A stretch of 64,000 nucleotides of DNA from NCBI GenBank assembly GCA_965207885.1, contig OZ242311.1, positions 3,552,001 through 3,616,000 on the forward strand, read 5' to 3'. The notes below the pieces were generated by a model. The model was not told where the DNA came from, searched no databases, and saw only the letters and a list, made by a program, of their open reading frames with translations. Origin of the DNA: Candidatus Latescibacterota bacterium (GTDB taxonomy: Bacteria > Latescibacterota > UBA2968). The position numbers and the translations under genes were made by a program. How positions within the stretch are numbered: position 1 is the stretch's first letter; the number at the start of each line of letters is the position of its first letter. Positions 1-8,781 of the stretch are shown in pieces.

Positions 1-981
1 TGGATTTGTAATCAGCGCCTTAACCCGCATGGCGTGGATGATATCAAAGTCCTTCTCATCTACCTTTTCCCCAGGCGCTATCATCCGATTGGGTATCCGA
101 TAATCGATTCCCGTCATCTTCGGTCCATCGTGAACCCGATCTCGCAACCAGATGCGGGTCAACCATTTCTGCGAGCATGACCCCGACCAACCGGGAATGA
201 TCAGGCGCAATGGCGCACCGTTCATGGGATGGATCGGTTTGCCATTCTGGGCGAAAGCGATGAGATTGTGCTCATCCATCGCCTTCTCAATCGGCACCCC
301 GCGCGAGAGGGAAAGCTGGCCTTCCTCACCAGAAACGTGGGTATCGGCACCCACATGCGCGGTATAAACCACATTGTCTTTCACCCCAGCCGCCTTGAGA
401 ACATCGGATAGGCGAACACCGGTCCACTCGGAGCAGGCCACAGCACCATAGGTCCACTGACTACCGTCCGCAGAAGGCTCAAAAAAGGCGCGTCCATTGC
501 CACCACACTCCAGTGTCAGTGCCCTGGTCACGACTTCAAATCGCTGTTTGAGATCATCAATGCTGAGTGTCAGGGGATTATCTACCAGACCATCAATCGT
601 CAGTTCCCAGCCCACTGCATCCGTATTCTCTGGCGGAATGCCATTGTTGCGAATAAAATGCCTCTCGGTCGGAGTAATAGGGTCATCGAGCAAGTGCGGA
701 GGCGTCTCGGCATTCAATGGATGGTCATTGAGCACGGTCAAGCCATCTTTGCCCTGAATCATATCCTCCGCAGCGAGCGCGACAGGGATAAAATGAGCCG
801 GAATATTGCGATGAAACGGAATCGCCGCCCCGACCATTGCCCCCATCATCGCCAGCCCGGCCTTCTTCAAGAATCCCCGCCTGTCGGGATGCGTCTCTCG
901 ACCAAACAATAAGTAGTCAGCCTCATCGGGATTGTTCTGATAGAGTTCGAATAATCCTTGTTCTTTAGTGTTTTTGTGCAT
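1..981 (-). CDS. Tat-exported sulfite oxidase family molybdopterin oxidoreductase (SorA/SoxC-like), 3' end runs off the window
   Basis: Not in the ORF track; translated by hand from ATG at 981 (GAGG RBS upstream): MHKNTKEQGLFELY..DRRGFLKKAG (twin-arginine), NAETPPHLLDDPITP..FIRNNG, LECGGNGR (Mo-ligand Cys), NGAPLRLIIPGWSGSCSQKW. Confidence 0.88.
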   Translation of the reverse strand, partial: MHKNTKEQGLFELYQNNPDEADYLLFGRETHPDRRGFLKKAGLAMMGAMVGAAIPFHRNIPAHFIPVALAAEDMIQGKDGLTVLNDHPLNAETPPHLLDDPITPTERHFIRNNGIPPENTDAVGWELTIDGLVDNPLTLSIDDLKQRFEVVTRALTLECGGNGRAFFEPSADGSQWTYGAVACSEWTGVRLSDVLKAAGVKDNVVYTAHVGADTHVSGEEGQLSLSRGVPIEKAMDEHNLIAFAQNGKPIHPMNGAPLRLIIPGWSGSCSQKWLTRIWLRDRVHDGPKMTGIDYRIPNRMIAPGEKVDEKDFDIIHAMRVKALITNP

Positions 982-1083
982 TGTCACTACCTCTTCATCT
1001 ATTCACAGAGTGCCCTCTAATTCTTCAAAGCCTTCGCTCAGAAATTTTTCCAAATAAGCCGTACTGTCGCAGAGATAGGCACA

Positions 1084-1917
1084 TTAAATGGTTTGAAACC
1101 ACTGCTTATTGACAGTAACTTTTTCAACCAACTCAGTGTTCACACCAAGCTGTAAGTCCTTCAACATCCCAGCAAGTGCATTGCCGTCAATGAGATCCAG
1201 CGGCGGCGCGCCATCGCGCTGTGCTTCAGTCCAAGCATCTCGAGTGAACCTTCCCGTGGTTATCAATAAGCCCTTGTCGGCTCGGCCCACCATAGCCCCT
1301 CTAAAATCTCTAACTGTAGATGCCGTCACCGATCCAACATAGCGTTTACATTGAAATATCACATGAAATGAAAGGAGGTTACCAAGTTTGACCACACCAC
1401 GTCCATCAATACCACCGTCGCCAGCTTTCCCCGTGACCTCAACCTGAATAAAACCAGACTCCCGAAGGATGCGTTGACACAGTCTCTCAAAAGCATCTGG
1501 CGAAATGCTCTGAACAACCTGGATAAGCTCATCCTCCCAACTCAAACTATCCTTATCTTCCTCTTCAAGTTTTGCTTCGTCGCGTTCAGCTCTGGCTTGC
1601 TGGAAAAGTTTCTGCACGAATTGCCTGACTTCTGTAGAGTCAACCGTCTCTGTTTGGTGCCCCTGTGGCGTTAGTGCCCAGACACCACGTGCTGAGTTCT
1701 CGAGTAGACCGTAGTTTTTCAGGTAGTTTCTTGCCCATCCAAGACGGTAATTAAGCGTAGTCAGGTTGCCCTTATGTATGGTGTTTATATCTTCTTCCGA
1801 CAACATGAGAATCTGAGCGACACGATTCGACATCTCTGAGATAGAGCAGGAACCGCCAAGTTCGTGTAGAGCCTGCAATACTGGGTTGAACATCTCGTGG
1901 TAAGGTGGTACTGCCAT
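1084..1917 (-). CDS. mrr: Mrr-family type IV restriction endonuclease
   Basis: N-terminal winged-helix (RLGWARNYLK..GLLE..RGVWALT) plus catalytic domain FERLC..GDGGIDG..QCKRY..LLITTG..LIDG; GAGGAG RBS. Confidence 0.92.
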   Translation of the reverse strand: MAVPPYHEMFNPVLQALHELGGSCSISEMSNRVAQILMLSEEDINTIHKGNLTTLNYRLGWARNYLKNYGLLENSARGVWALTPQGHQTETVDSTEVRQFVQKLFQQARAERDEAKLEEEDKDSLSWEDELIQVVQSISPDAFERLCQRILRESGFIQVEVTGKAGDGGIDGRGVVKLGNLLSFHVIFQCKRYVGSVTASTVRDFRGAMVGRADKGLLITTGRFTRDAWTEAQRDGAPPLDLIDGNALAGMLKDLQLGVNTELVEKVTVNKQWFQTI

Positions 1918-3153
1918 GGATTCTCCTCTAACTTTCTAGTTTACCTTGCTCTCATGAATACGCTTACCGACCATCGCATAGTTGTCGGCGTAGATCAGAG
2001 ATTTGTTCTAACGTCGATACGATATCGCTGTCTTGCTAGTCCTGTATTTGTGTGAAAATAATCCAGTTTGATATGATGACTTCCCCTCATTTATAACCCT
2101 ATCTATATTACATGAAAAAACGAAATTGGTAGGGTGTCCGCCTCAGGCTTGGCATACGCTTGACTACCCGCGCGAGTACCTTCGCATAACCCAGAGTAAC
2201 TGGCAGCGGATCATACAGTGAATCATTGTTCCAGTTCATCTTTGAAAGCCCTAACACGGCACGTGCCGTGTCATCCCACACCCCATGGCCAGCATGACGC
2301 ACCAACCTCAAGGGACGAGGAGTACTCCTAGAACCTTTAAAATAGGATCTTCTTTCACTGATGTTTATCACGTCACCATGTGTCCACAGAAGAGCATCTC
2401 GGGACCCAAGGTCAACTAGGGTTCCACGCAAAACTGGGTAAGCAGCAGGATCCCCTTTAACACCACCTGTGGACTCATCAATGCGCACACCGCGCCAACC
2501 CACATCTTCAACTACCTGCACGAGATCAATTGCCTCGCATAGGTGAAATGCCTCCATGCAGCCTTTGACTTCATCCGCCTTGAACTCAGTGGTCTTATGC
2601 ACCATAATCCGTCGAGGTGATCGCCCTGCGTGGTGTCGCCGATAGAGGTCGAGAGACCGGGACATTACCCGAAACATCTCAGTGCGTGATAGAAAGGGGT
2701 TGTCACGTTGCACTTCAACTTCATGGGTATTGTAGGCAATAAACTCCAAACCGGAACCCTCGGCATCGAACACCTGACTGCAGCATGTAACAAAGCGTGG
2801 ATTGTCAGATTCCGTTGGACGAACGGCGTATGAAATACCGATATATGCCGTTTCCGAATCCGACTCTGCCAGCTTCCAAGGGACTCCGCCAGCCTTGACA
2901 TAGAGCGCCAAACCAATACGCCACATGACACTGGCTTGGCACGAGTATGTGAGAGCGCTGTCTTCTCTCACCAGCTGAATGGGTAATCCAAGAGCTGCCG
3001 TTGTTGCCTTCAGGTGATCGTGAAGGTCGAAGTCTTCATCGGATGCTCCGGTATAGCCAGGATTCCATCGCTGAGGGATGTAGACGAACAGGACATCGAA
3101 CTTACTTCTGTACGTCTGCAAACGTTGAATAGCTCGGACCAACCGCTCAGCTA

Positions 3154-4090
3154 GGTAGTGTCTGAAAAGTCGTAAAGTATGTATTTTAGTTGCAGCATAC
3201 GCCCTAAACCAAGGAGTATGATATGCAACGGAGATATGAACTGCGCGACGAGGCTTGGCATCTGATCCAAGACCTGTTCCCACCGCCGAAGAAGATGGGT
3301 CGTCCCCGTCGGGATGATCGTACATTATTCAACGGGATCTTCTGGATATTGTGTTCAGGTGCAGCTTGGCGCGACCTGCCAGAACGATATGGTCCTTGGC
3401 AGACAGCCTTTGACCGATTCTGCAAATGGAAACAGGATGGCACCTTTGATCGCATTGTAGAAAAGCTACATCTCAAATTGGGTGAAGATGGTCTTTTAGA
3501 TTATGCGACCTGGATGATGGATGCAACCCATATTCGAGCCACACAAGCCGCGGCAGGAGCGAAAAAAAAAGGGCAAAAAGGGTGAAGAAGAGCCCCCAGA
3601 TCACGCTTTAGGACGCTCTCGTGGCGGTTTGACCACGAAAATCCATCTTCTTTGCGATGCAGTCGGGCATCCTTTAGCAGTGGATCTTCTCCCTGGTAAC
3701 CAGTCAGAATCCACACAGGCTGAAAGGCTACTGTCAAAGGTATGCATACCCACCAAACGAGGGCGTCCAAGAAACCGACCCAAGTATCTGGTAGCTGATA
3801 AATCTTATGATGTCTCACGCATCAGAGTCTATCTACGCAAACGGGGTATCAAGGCTGCTATCCCAAACAAGGCGATTCCCAAAGGCAGAAAACGGCGTAA
3901 GAGAGGACCACGGCCTAAGTGTGATAAAAGATTATATGCCAAACGCAATATCGTGGAGCGTCTCTTTGGTTGGCTTAAACACTGCCGACGGATTGTGACC
4001 CGATTTGAAAAAAAGGCGACTCATTTTCTCACTATGGTCAAGCTGGCCTGTATCAGACAACTCTTCAAAGCTTACTTTTCAGACACTACC
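3154..4090 (+). mobile_element. IS5-family insertion sequence (IS427-like), 937 bp
   Basis: Perfect 17-bp terminal IRs GGTAGTGTCTGAAAAGT (3154-3170) / ACTTTTCAGACACTACC (4074-4090), flanked by TA at 3152-3153 and 4091-4092. Confidence 0.93.
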
Positions 4091-4093
4091 TAA
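3223..4093 (+). CDS. IS5-family transposase in two frames (orfA 3223-3585; orfB to 4093) joined at an A9 run (3562-3570)
   Basis: orfA: GRPRRDDR..GAAWRDLPERYGPWQT..DATHIRA; orfB: GRSRGGLTTKIH..ADKSYD..RNIVERLFGWLK..RRIVTRFEK. The stop codon uses the target TA. Confidence 0.9.
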
Positions 4094-4464
4094 TACAATA
4101 TGAGGACTCGGAGAATTATTAAATTCGGTCTCAAGTTCCTGGTCAAGCTCAACGTGGCAATCACCACCTGCCGCTCTCATATGCACACCAAAGACACGTT
4201 GAAAACCCGGCCATTCAGGGAGATAATCCTTGCGTTCCTTCGGTATGTGCGTCGAATTAAGGCGCGTCATGAAGCTATATAGATGGTTACTTTCCCCGGC
4301 GGGAGCCAAGGTAGCCACTCGAATTGGATCCGGTAATATCCCCGCGGAGTATGGGCCAAACCGCAACAGCCCACGCAATGGATGAATCTCACTATCTGAA
4401 GTACGATCTGGATGGAAGATTAGGCTTGGCTCCGGTAGCCAGATGTGCGGGGCGATCTCGCTGT

Positions 4465-6207
4465 TCATGATCCTATTCTTCTTGAAAATCCTGTAATGGG
4501 AGAAAGGCGATAGACCGCGTCTATACCACCACTAATATCCAGGGCCCGTAGATCGTCTTGAGGTTGGCCCAAGTGACGACTCCAGAACTCAATCAGATCG
4601 TTGAGTTGTCTGTTATAGCGTTTGACACTGCGTTCTCTACCGAAATCCGCTGAAATCATCTTGTTTTCTTGAGTGATACCATCGAACACGGTTCGTGGTT
4701 CTATCAGCAACCACAAGCGATCATTTGCCCAGTCTAGGCGTATACCGATACCCTCGCGCCAGTGGACCTCGGGGCTACCAGCAACTGTTCCAGTAAGCGT
4801 ACCCACTAGTTTCCTCAACTGTGTCCAGGTACTTGACTCTGGGTCGGTGGGTGCCAATAAGTCCACTCTTCCGCGCCGGACAACCTCCAGACCGCGCTGA
4901 CGTGCGATTGCACGGGTTAGTGCATCTCGAAGGATACCTCGCTCGCTTGATTCATACCTTTGGCGTCTTGTGTCGAATGTATGAAGATCGAAGTCTGTAA
5001 TGTCGTAGAGTTCAAAAGCTGTACGTACATCAGCATTGGTACCAAATGCCAATACGCCGACTTGGGAGCGCGCAGCGATCACGTCGACGCCAGCATGCTC
5101 TATCGCCTTGCGCACTTCAGCGGTACCACCAATGTCACAAACGACGCGTCTGCACACGCTCGGCACATCAGTCACTGGCAAAGCGTTGAAACGCACCACT
5201 GGCCAACCACGCTTACCTGTTGGGCGCGGCGCTGCACTCCAGTGTCGGCGTTCCGAAGCAAAAGCGTCGAGCGTTGTAGTGTCGATGTCATCTATTTGGC
5301 GAATCAGATCCCGCAATGCTTCGTCAAAGTTATCAATTGACACTACGCCCACTTCTATCCCCTTCTCATCTGCTTTGGACAACAATTCACAAACGCGCGG
5401 CAACGGCTGACCTTCCCCGTGATGCAACCAAAATAGTCCCGACGGAAAGGATCCTCGGCGTTGAGTTGCTTCATCAAGAGCATCCATAACAGAATCGTCA
5501 CGACCACTATAGCCAACTACTACAAGTCCAAATCTACTACAGGAATCGATGAAAATATTTCTTAGATGTGTATCCTGATGTCGTAGTTCTTCAGTGGTAT
5601 TCTTGAGTCTCCGTGACTGAAAATCACCATGCAGCTTCACTTCCACCGGCCATCGCTCCTCATGAATTGCCTGCTCCCCTAATTCAGGCGCATCGAGGGC
5701 TACACTCGTCAATGAACCAGTTGTGTCATAAATCTTGGCGCAAGCGTCTGCCACCATGGCATCAAAATTCGTTGTCCATACCAGACGTGTACGATTGGCG
5801 CGCATCAGAGTTGCGAGAGCCAAGTGACCGTACGATGGTTTTGCACCTGCTAGCTTTGCATTAATATAGGCACGCCGATCTCCTTCGGATGGATACACCT
5901 CTTCAAATAGTGCGGCATATTCGCCGGGATCCCCAGCACAAGGCAACCGCTTAAAAGAGTCAATGTAGGTCTGTAATTGCACCTGGATAGCCGGATTTGA
6001 GAGATCTGCCACAGATTGGCGCGATACCTTGCGCTGACTGACAAACAATTCCTGTTTGAATTGCCAGATCATGTCCGTCGCGGTAGGAAGACCAGCGGAG
6101 GCCGAGGCACCAGCACCAAGCAACCACATCAGACTGGACGAACGTATAGAGAAGCGTCTTACGAAGTCGTCCGAGTTGATTTGAGGTAGTAATGACTTAG
6201 TATTCAT
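4465..6207 (-). CDS. SIR2-APAZ NADase effector of a SPARSA-type short pAgo system
   Basis: LLGAGASASAG, WTTNFD, KLHGDF and VVGYSGRD Sir2 motifs; C-terminal APAZ-like region (RFNALP..RYNRQLNDLIEFW); 4-nt overlap with the pAgo start. Confidence 0.88.
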   Translation of the reverse strand: MNTKSLLPQINSDDFVRRFSIRSSSLMWLLGAGASASAGLPTATDMIWQFKQELFVSQRKVSRQSVADLSNPAIQVQLQTYIDSFKRLPCAGDPGEYAALFEEVYPSEGDRRAYINAKLAGAKPSYGHLALATLMRANRTRLVWTTNFDAMVADACAKIYDTTGSLTSVALDAPELGEQAIHEERWPVEVKLHGDFQSRRLKNTTEELRHQDTHLRNIFIDSCSRFGLVVVGYSGRDDSVMDALDEATQRRGSFPSGLFWLHHGEGQPLPRVCELLSKADEKGIEVGVVSIDNFDEALRDLIRQIDDIDTTTLDAFASERRHWSAAPRPTGKRGWPVVRFNALPVTDVPSVCRRVVCDIGGTAEVRKAIEHAGVDVIAARSQVGVLAFGTNADVRTAFELYDITDFDLHTFDTRRQRYESSERGILRDALTRAIARQRGLEVVRRGRVDLLAPTDPESSTWTQLRKLVGTLTGTVAGSPEVHWREGIGIRLDWANDRLWLLIEPRTVFDGITQENKMISADFGRERSVKRYNRQLNDLIEFWSRHLGQPQDDLRALDISGGIDAVYRLSPITGFSRRIGS

Positions 6208-6289
6208 TGATTTGTCAAGGCCCTTTTCCCGATGACGTAAAGCGTATATCCCACTCCGTTAATGAGAAATCTCATTGCTCATCACTCCA

Positions 6290-6586
6290 TCAAACCGTCG
6301 GCTGTAGTTCATAGCGCTTGACCATGATCTGGTCTTCTTTTTTACGCGCTTGCACCAAATTATAAGCGGTCTGACGGCGCAGCCAGAACTCAGCATTAGA
6401 CCATCCGGCCTTCTCCAACCGAATAGCCATCTCCGGTGAAATAGCCGCATGACCGTTCAGTACACGTGAAAGCGTATGACGAGCTACACCCAACACCTTC
6501 GCCGCTTCGGCAATATTCAGACCAAGGGGTTCCAGACAGTTCTTTTTGATACTGAGACCCGGATGAGGTGGATTCTTCATAGACAT
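6290..6586 (-). CDS. higA: HigA-family addiction module antitoxin (HTH), orphan
   Basis: [53 protein letters not shown] signature. Confidence 0.88.
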   Translation of the reverse strand: MSMKNPPHPGLSIKKNCLEPLGLNIAEAAKVLGVARHTLSRVLNGHAAISPEMAIRLEKAGWSNAEFWLRRQTAYNLVQARKKEDQIMVKRYELQPTV

Positions 6587-6619
6587 AAATATCCCTGATC
6601 GCCCTTCAATGGATATTCA

Positions 6620-6940
6620 CTATTGGTTCAGGCTTTTCTGGATAGTTCCCAGGTCTCGATTGATGTCTTCGAGATCGTATTGGGCTGGTACTTTTCTGTC
6701 ACGCGCATAGTCCATCATCTCCCATAAGGAAACACTAGCATCGCGAGCAGCTCGTGCCAGTGTGAGCTTTCCATCCCCGTATAGACGGGCATAGTGCTCC
6801 AGCTTCCATTGCTGGATTGCTTTTGACAGCAGGCGCCTCACAGTAGTCGAGCGATCAGACTGCTCGACATCCTCGATGAGTTCCAATTCACGTACTAATT
6901 CCAAGGGGAGCCTCGTTCCTACCATACGTTCCTTTTTCAT
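6620..6940 (-). CDS. UPF0175-family putative antitoxin with N-terminal RHH-like region
   Basis: Start MKKERMVGTRLP at 6940 overlaps the PIN gene stop (GGAGG RBS); LYGDGKLTLARAARDASVSLWEM motif. Confidence 0.72.
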   Translation of the reverse strand: MKKERMVGTRLPLELVRELELIEDVEQSDRSTTVRRLLSKAIQQWKLEHYARLYGDGKLTLARAARDASVSLWEMMDYARDRKVPAQYDLEDINRDLGTIQKSLNQ

Positions 6941-7452
6941 AGCTTCGCCTCCCGTGCGAGTCTCAATACTTCCGCTACAACAGTTGGAGATATCCACAAG
7001 ATCTGACTGAGATCTCGAAGCAGGACCTCCAATTCTCCCAAGTTAAGATGCTGTAGCAAGTATGCTTCCAATAATGTACCGGCAGTGCCCAGATATTCTA
7101 CCCCGGCTGCCTCAGCTACACTGCGAGCCTCCTTATCGTCAACGATTAGCCGCAAGTCACGAATACTCGCCAGTGCGATGGACTCAGATTCTCCTTGATC
7201 CAGACGAGAGCGCCTCGTTAGACGTTGCATCAGGTTGCGCTCCTCAGCGGTCAAACGAACCGTTTGTAACCAATCGGCTTCCAAAGCAGCCTCAATCTGC
7301 TCTACACCCAAGGCATGTATAGCTCTGCCAGCATCAATTGTTTCCGCCTTCACGATAGGTCCGATCAGAACCTTATCATAGAGGTCATTCAAGAGCCGCA
7401 AACGCTGAAGCTTGGCGAGGACGATCAATGGGGAAGCGTCGGCTACAATCAC
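6937..7452 (-). CDS. PIN-domain protein, DUF3368-like (VapC-related toxin)
   Basis: MIVADASPLI..LDQGESESIALA..LIVDDKEAR..GTAGTL; AAGGAG RBS before a GTG start. Confidence 0.85.
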   Translation of the reverse strand: MIVADASPLIVLAKLQRLRLLNDLYDKVLIGPIVKAETIDAGRAIHALGVEQIEAALEADWLQTVRLTAEERNLMQRLTRRSRLDQGESESIALASIRDLRLIVDDKEARSVAEAAGVEYLGTAGTLLEAYLLQHLNLGELEVLLRDLSQILWISPTVVAEVLRLAREAKL

Positions 7453-7663
7453 TTAATCTCCTTACATATCAGGCCATCACTATGGTTTTAAGTTAACAAA
7501 ATTAACAAATGTTTTCAAGGCCAATCTCCAACACAAACCGTTATATATAATTTATGAGAACGAGTGCGTAATCACCCACTTCATGGCCGTGCTTACGATT
7601 AAAACATATCATATTGGTAAAAATATAATAAATGGTTACTTTTTAAGTACCAAAGGAGAAACA

Positions 7664-7864
7664 ATGGATAATGAAAATTACATTGCCGCGAATATTGACC
7701 GGCTACAGCCGAATCAGCAGTTGACCCAAGAGGAATTCGCTCGAAGAGCAGGCCTCGTGCGGCAAGCACTCGAGCAGGAGTACATCTCACTCGGGCGTGC
7801 CGCTGAGCTTCTGGGGCTAAGTCGTGAGGAAATGAGAAGGTATTTACGTGAGTGGGCGGGGTAA
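7664..7864 (+). pseudogene. Internally deleted XRE-HTH / ImmA-IrrE-type regulator remnant (66 aa)
   Basis: AAGGAG RBS and ATG at 7664. The start of an XRE HTH (IAANIDRL..LTQEEFARRAGL) is fused directly to a C-terminal tail (VRQALEQEYISLGRAAELLG) typical of HTH-metallopeptidase fusions. Confidence 0.5.
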
Positions 7865-7877
7865 ATGGCGATGACCG

Positions 7878-8780
7878 TCACTTCATCACCCCGAACAACG
7901 CGAAGGAGAAATTTGGTGCGGGATCAACCAGGTCGCTTCTGTCCTTTAGATAACGGCGTTTTTGCTCCTCGGGCGGAATGGTTTCTATCTCCACAAAGCC
8001 AATGCGCGACATCTCGTCATTCAATTCCTCGGGCGTAAATATGGACAACATCGGCTCCCCGCGGCGAGCCACGAATCGGTCCAACCTGTCGGCAAAAGGC
8101 AAGCTCTCCTCGGGGATAAGATGCCTGGCGAGCTTATAATCGAAAACAATGCGGCTGCCCGGCGCAGCGACATCTGCAACGCGACCAAATGTCTCCCGTA
8201 TCGCGTCCTTGGTGAGATAATAGGTCGTTCCCAACCAGGAAAAAAAAGCGGGCTTCTCTGGATCGAATCCCGCCCGGGTAAGTGCCTCATTCAGTTGGTC
8301 GGTCTCAAAATCAATGGGAACAAATACCAGATTGGACGGAACATCGCCGTTGACCGCGTGCACCTGTTTCTCTTTTGTCGCCTGAGTCGCGGGATGATCC
8401 AACTCGAATATACGCACGCGATCCGCAAGCTCCTTGTGGCGCATAGAAAACGTATCGAGACCGGCACCGAGGATCACATACTGACCGACGCCCTCCGCAA
8501 TCGCCTCCATAAGACGGTCTTCGGCATATCTGGCTCGCAGGATAACCTCGGTGTGTACGGGACGAAAAGACTGGAACACTGTGTGAACAACAAACTGGCC
8601 AATCAGTCTGTTCTTCGCAATCACACGCCAGACAAACGGTATCATGTCAATCGCATAATTATCGGCAAAAACCGGGGATTTGCTCTGCTGATGATGATAC
8701 GCACGTACACTTGCTGCGAGTGCCGCTGTCTTGCTCGTCCTGTGCTTGTGAGCGGATATTCCAGATTGAGGTGAAGACAT
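7878..8780 (-). CDS. Class I SAM-dependent methyltransferase (LCM/TcmP-like)
   Basis: QYVILGAGLDT, FELDHPATQ..K, VPIDFE and WLGTTYYL motifs. Confidence 0.88.
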   Translation of the reverse strand: MSSPQSGISAHKHRTSKTAALAASVRAYHHQQSKSPVFADNYAIDMIPFVWRVIAKNRLIGQFVVHTVFQSFRPVHTEVILRARYAEDRLMEAIAEGVGQYVILGAGLDTFSMRHKELADRVRIFELDHPATQATKEKQVHAVNGDVPSNLVFVPIDFETDQLNEALTRAGFDPEKPAFFSWLGTTYYLTKDAIRETFGRVADVAAPGSRIVFDYKLARHLIPEESLPFADRLDRFVARRGEPMLSIFTPEELNDEMSRIGFVEIETIPPEEQKRRYLKDRSDLVDPAPNFSFALFGVMK

Positions 8781-8781
8781 A

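Larger units (their letters stand above)
2108..4468 (-). pseudogene. Short prokaryotic Argonaute (MID-PIWI, ~473 aa reconstructed) interrupted by an IS5-family element
   Basis: Removing 3154-4090 plus one TA joins ..PHIVL|AERLVRAIQ.. in frame (126 + 347 codons). Motifs: HPLRGLLRFGPYS, ALYVKAGGVPWKL, AYIGISYA, HKT, LSKMNWNN..LPVTL, YQFRFFM C-terminus. No DEDX tetrad is evident. Start overlaps the Sir2-APAZ stop. Confidence 0.9.

Noticed and set aside
1003-1083. Open frame continuing after the mrr stop (CAYLCDSTAYLEKFLSEGFEELEGTL*), a possible readthrough or gene remnant
   Set aside because: Only 26 codons, the stop is TAA, and no family is recognisable; cannot be distinguished from chance.
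1085-7868. TAAATGG at both ends of the defence islet as a possible att/target repeat
   Set aside because: Only 7 bp, and no integrase or tRNA is adjacent; expected by chance.
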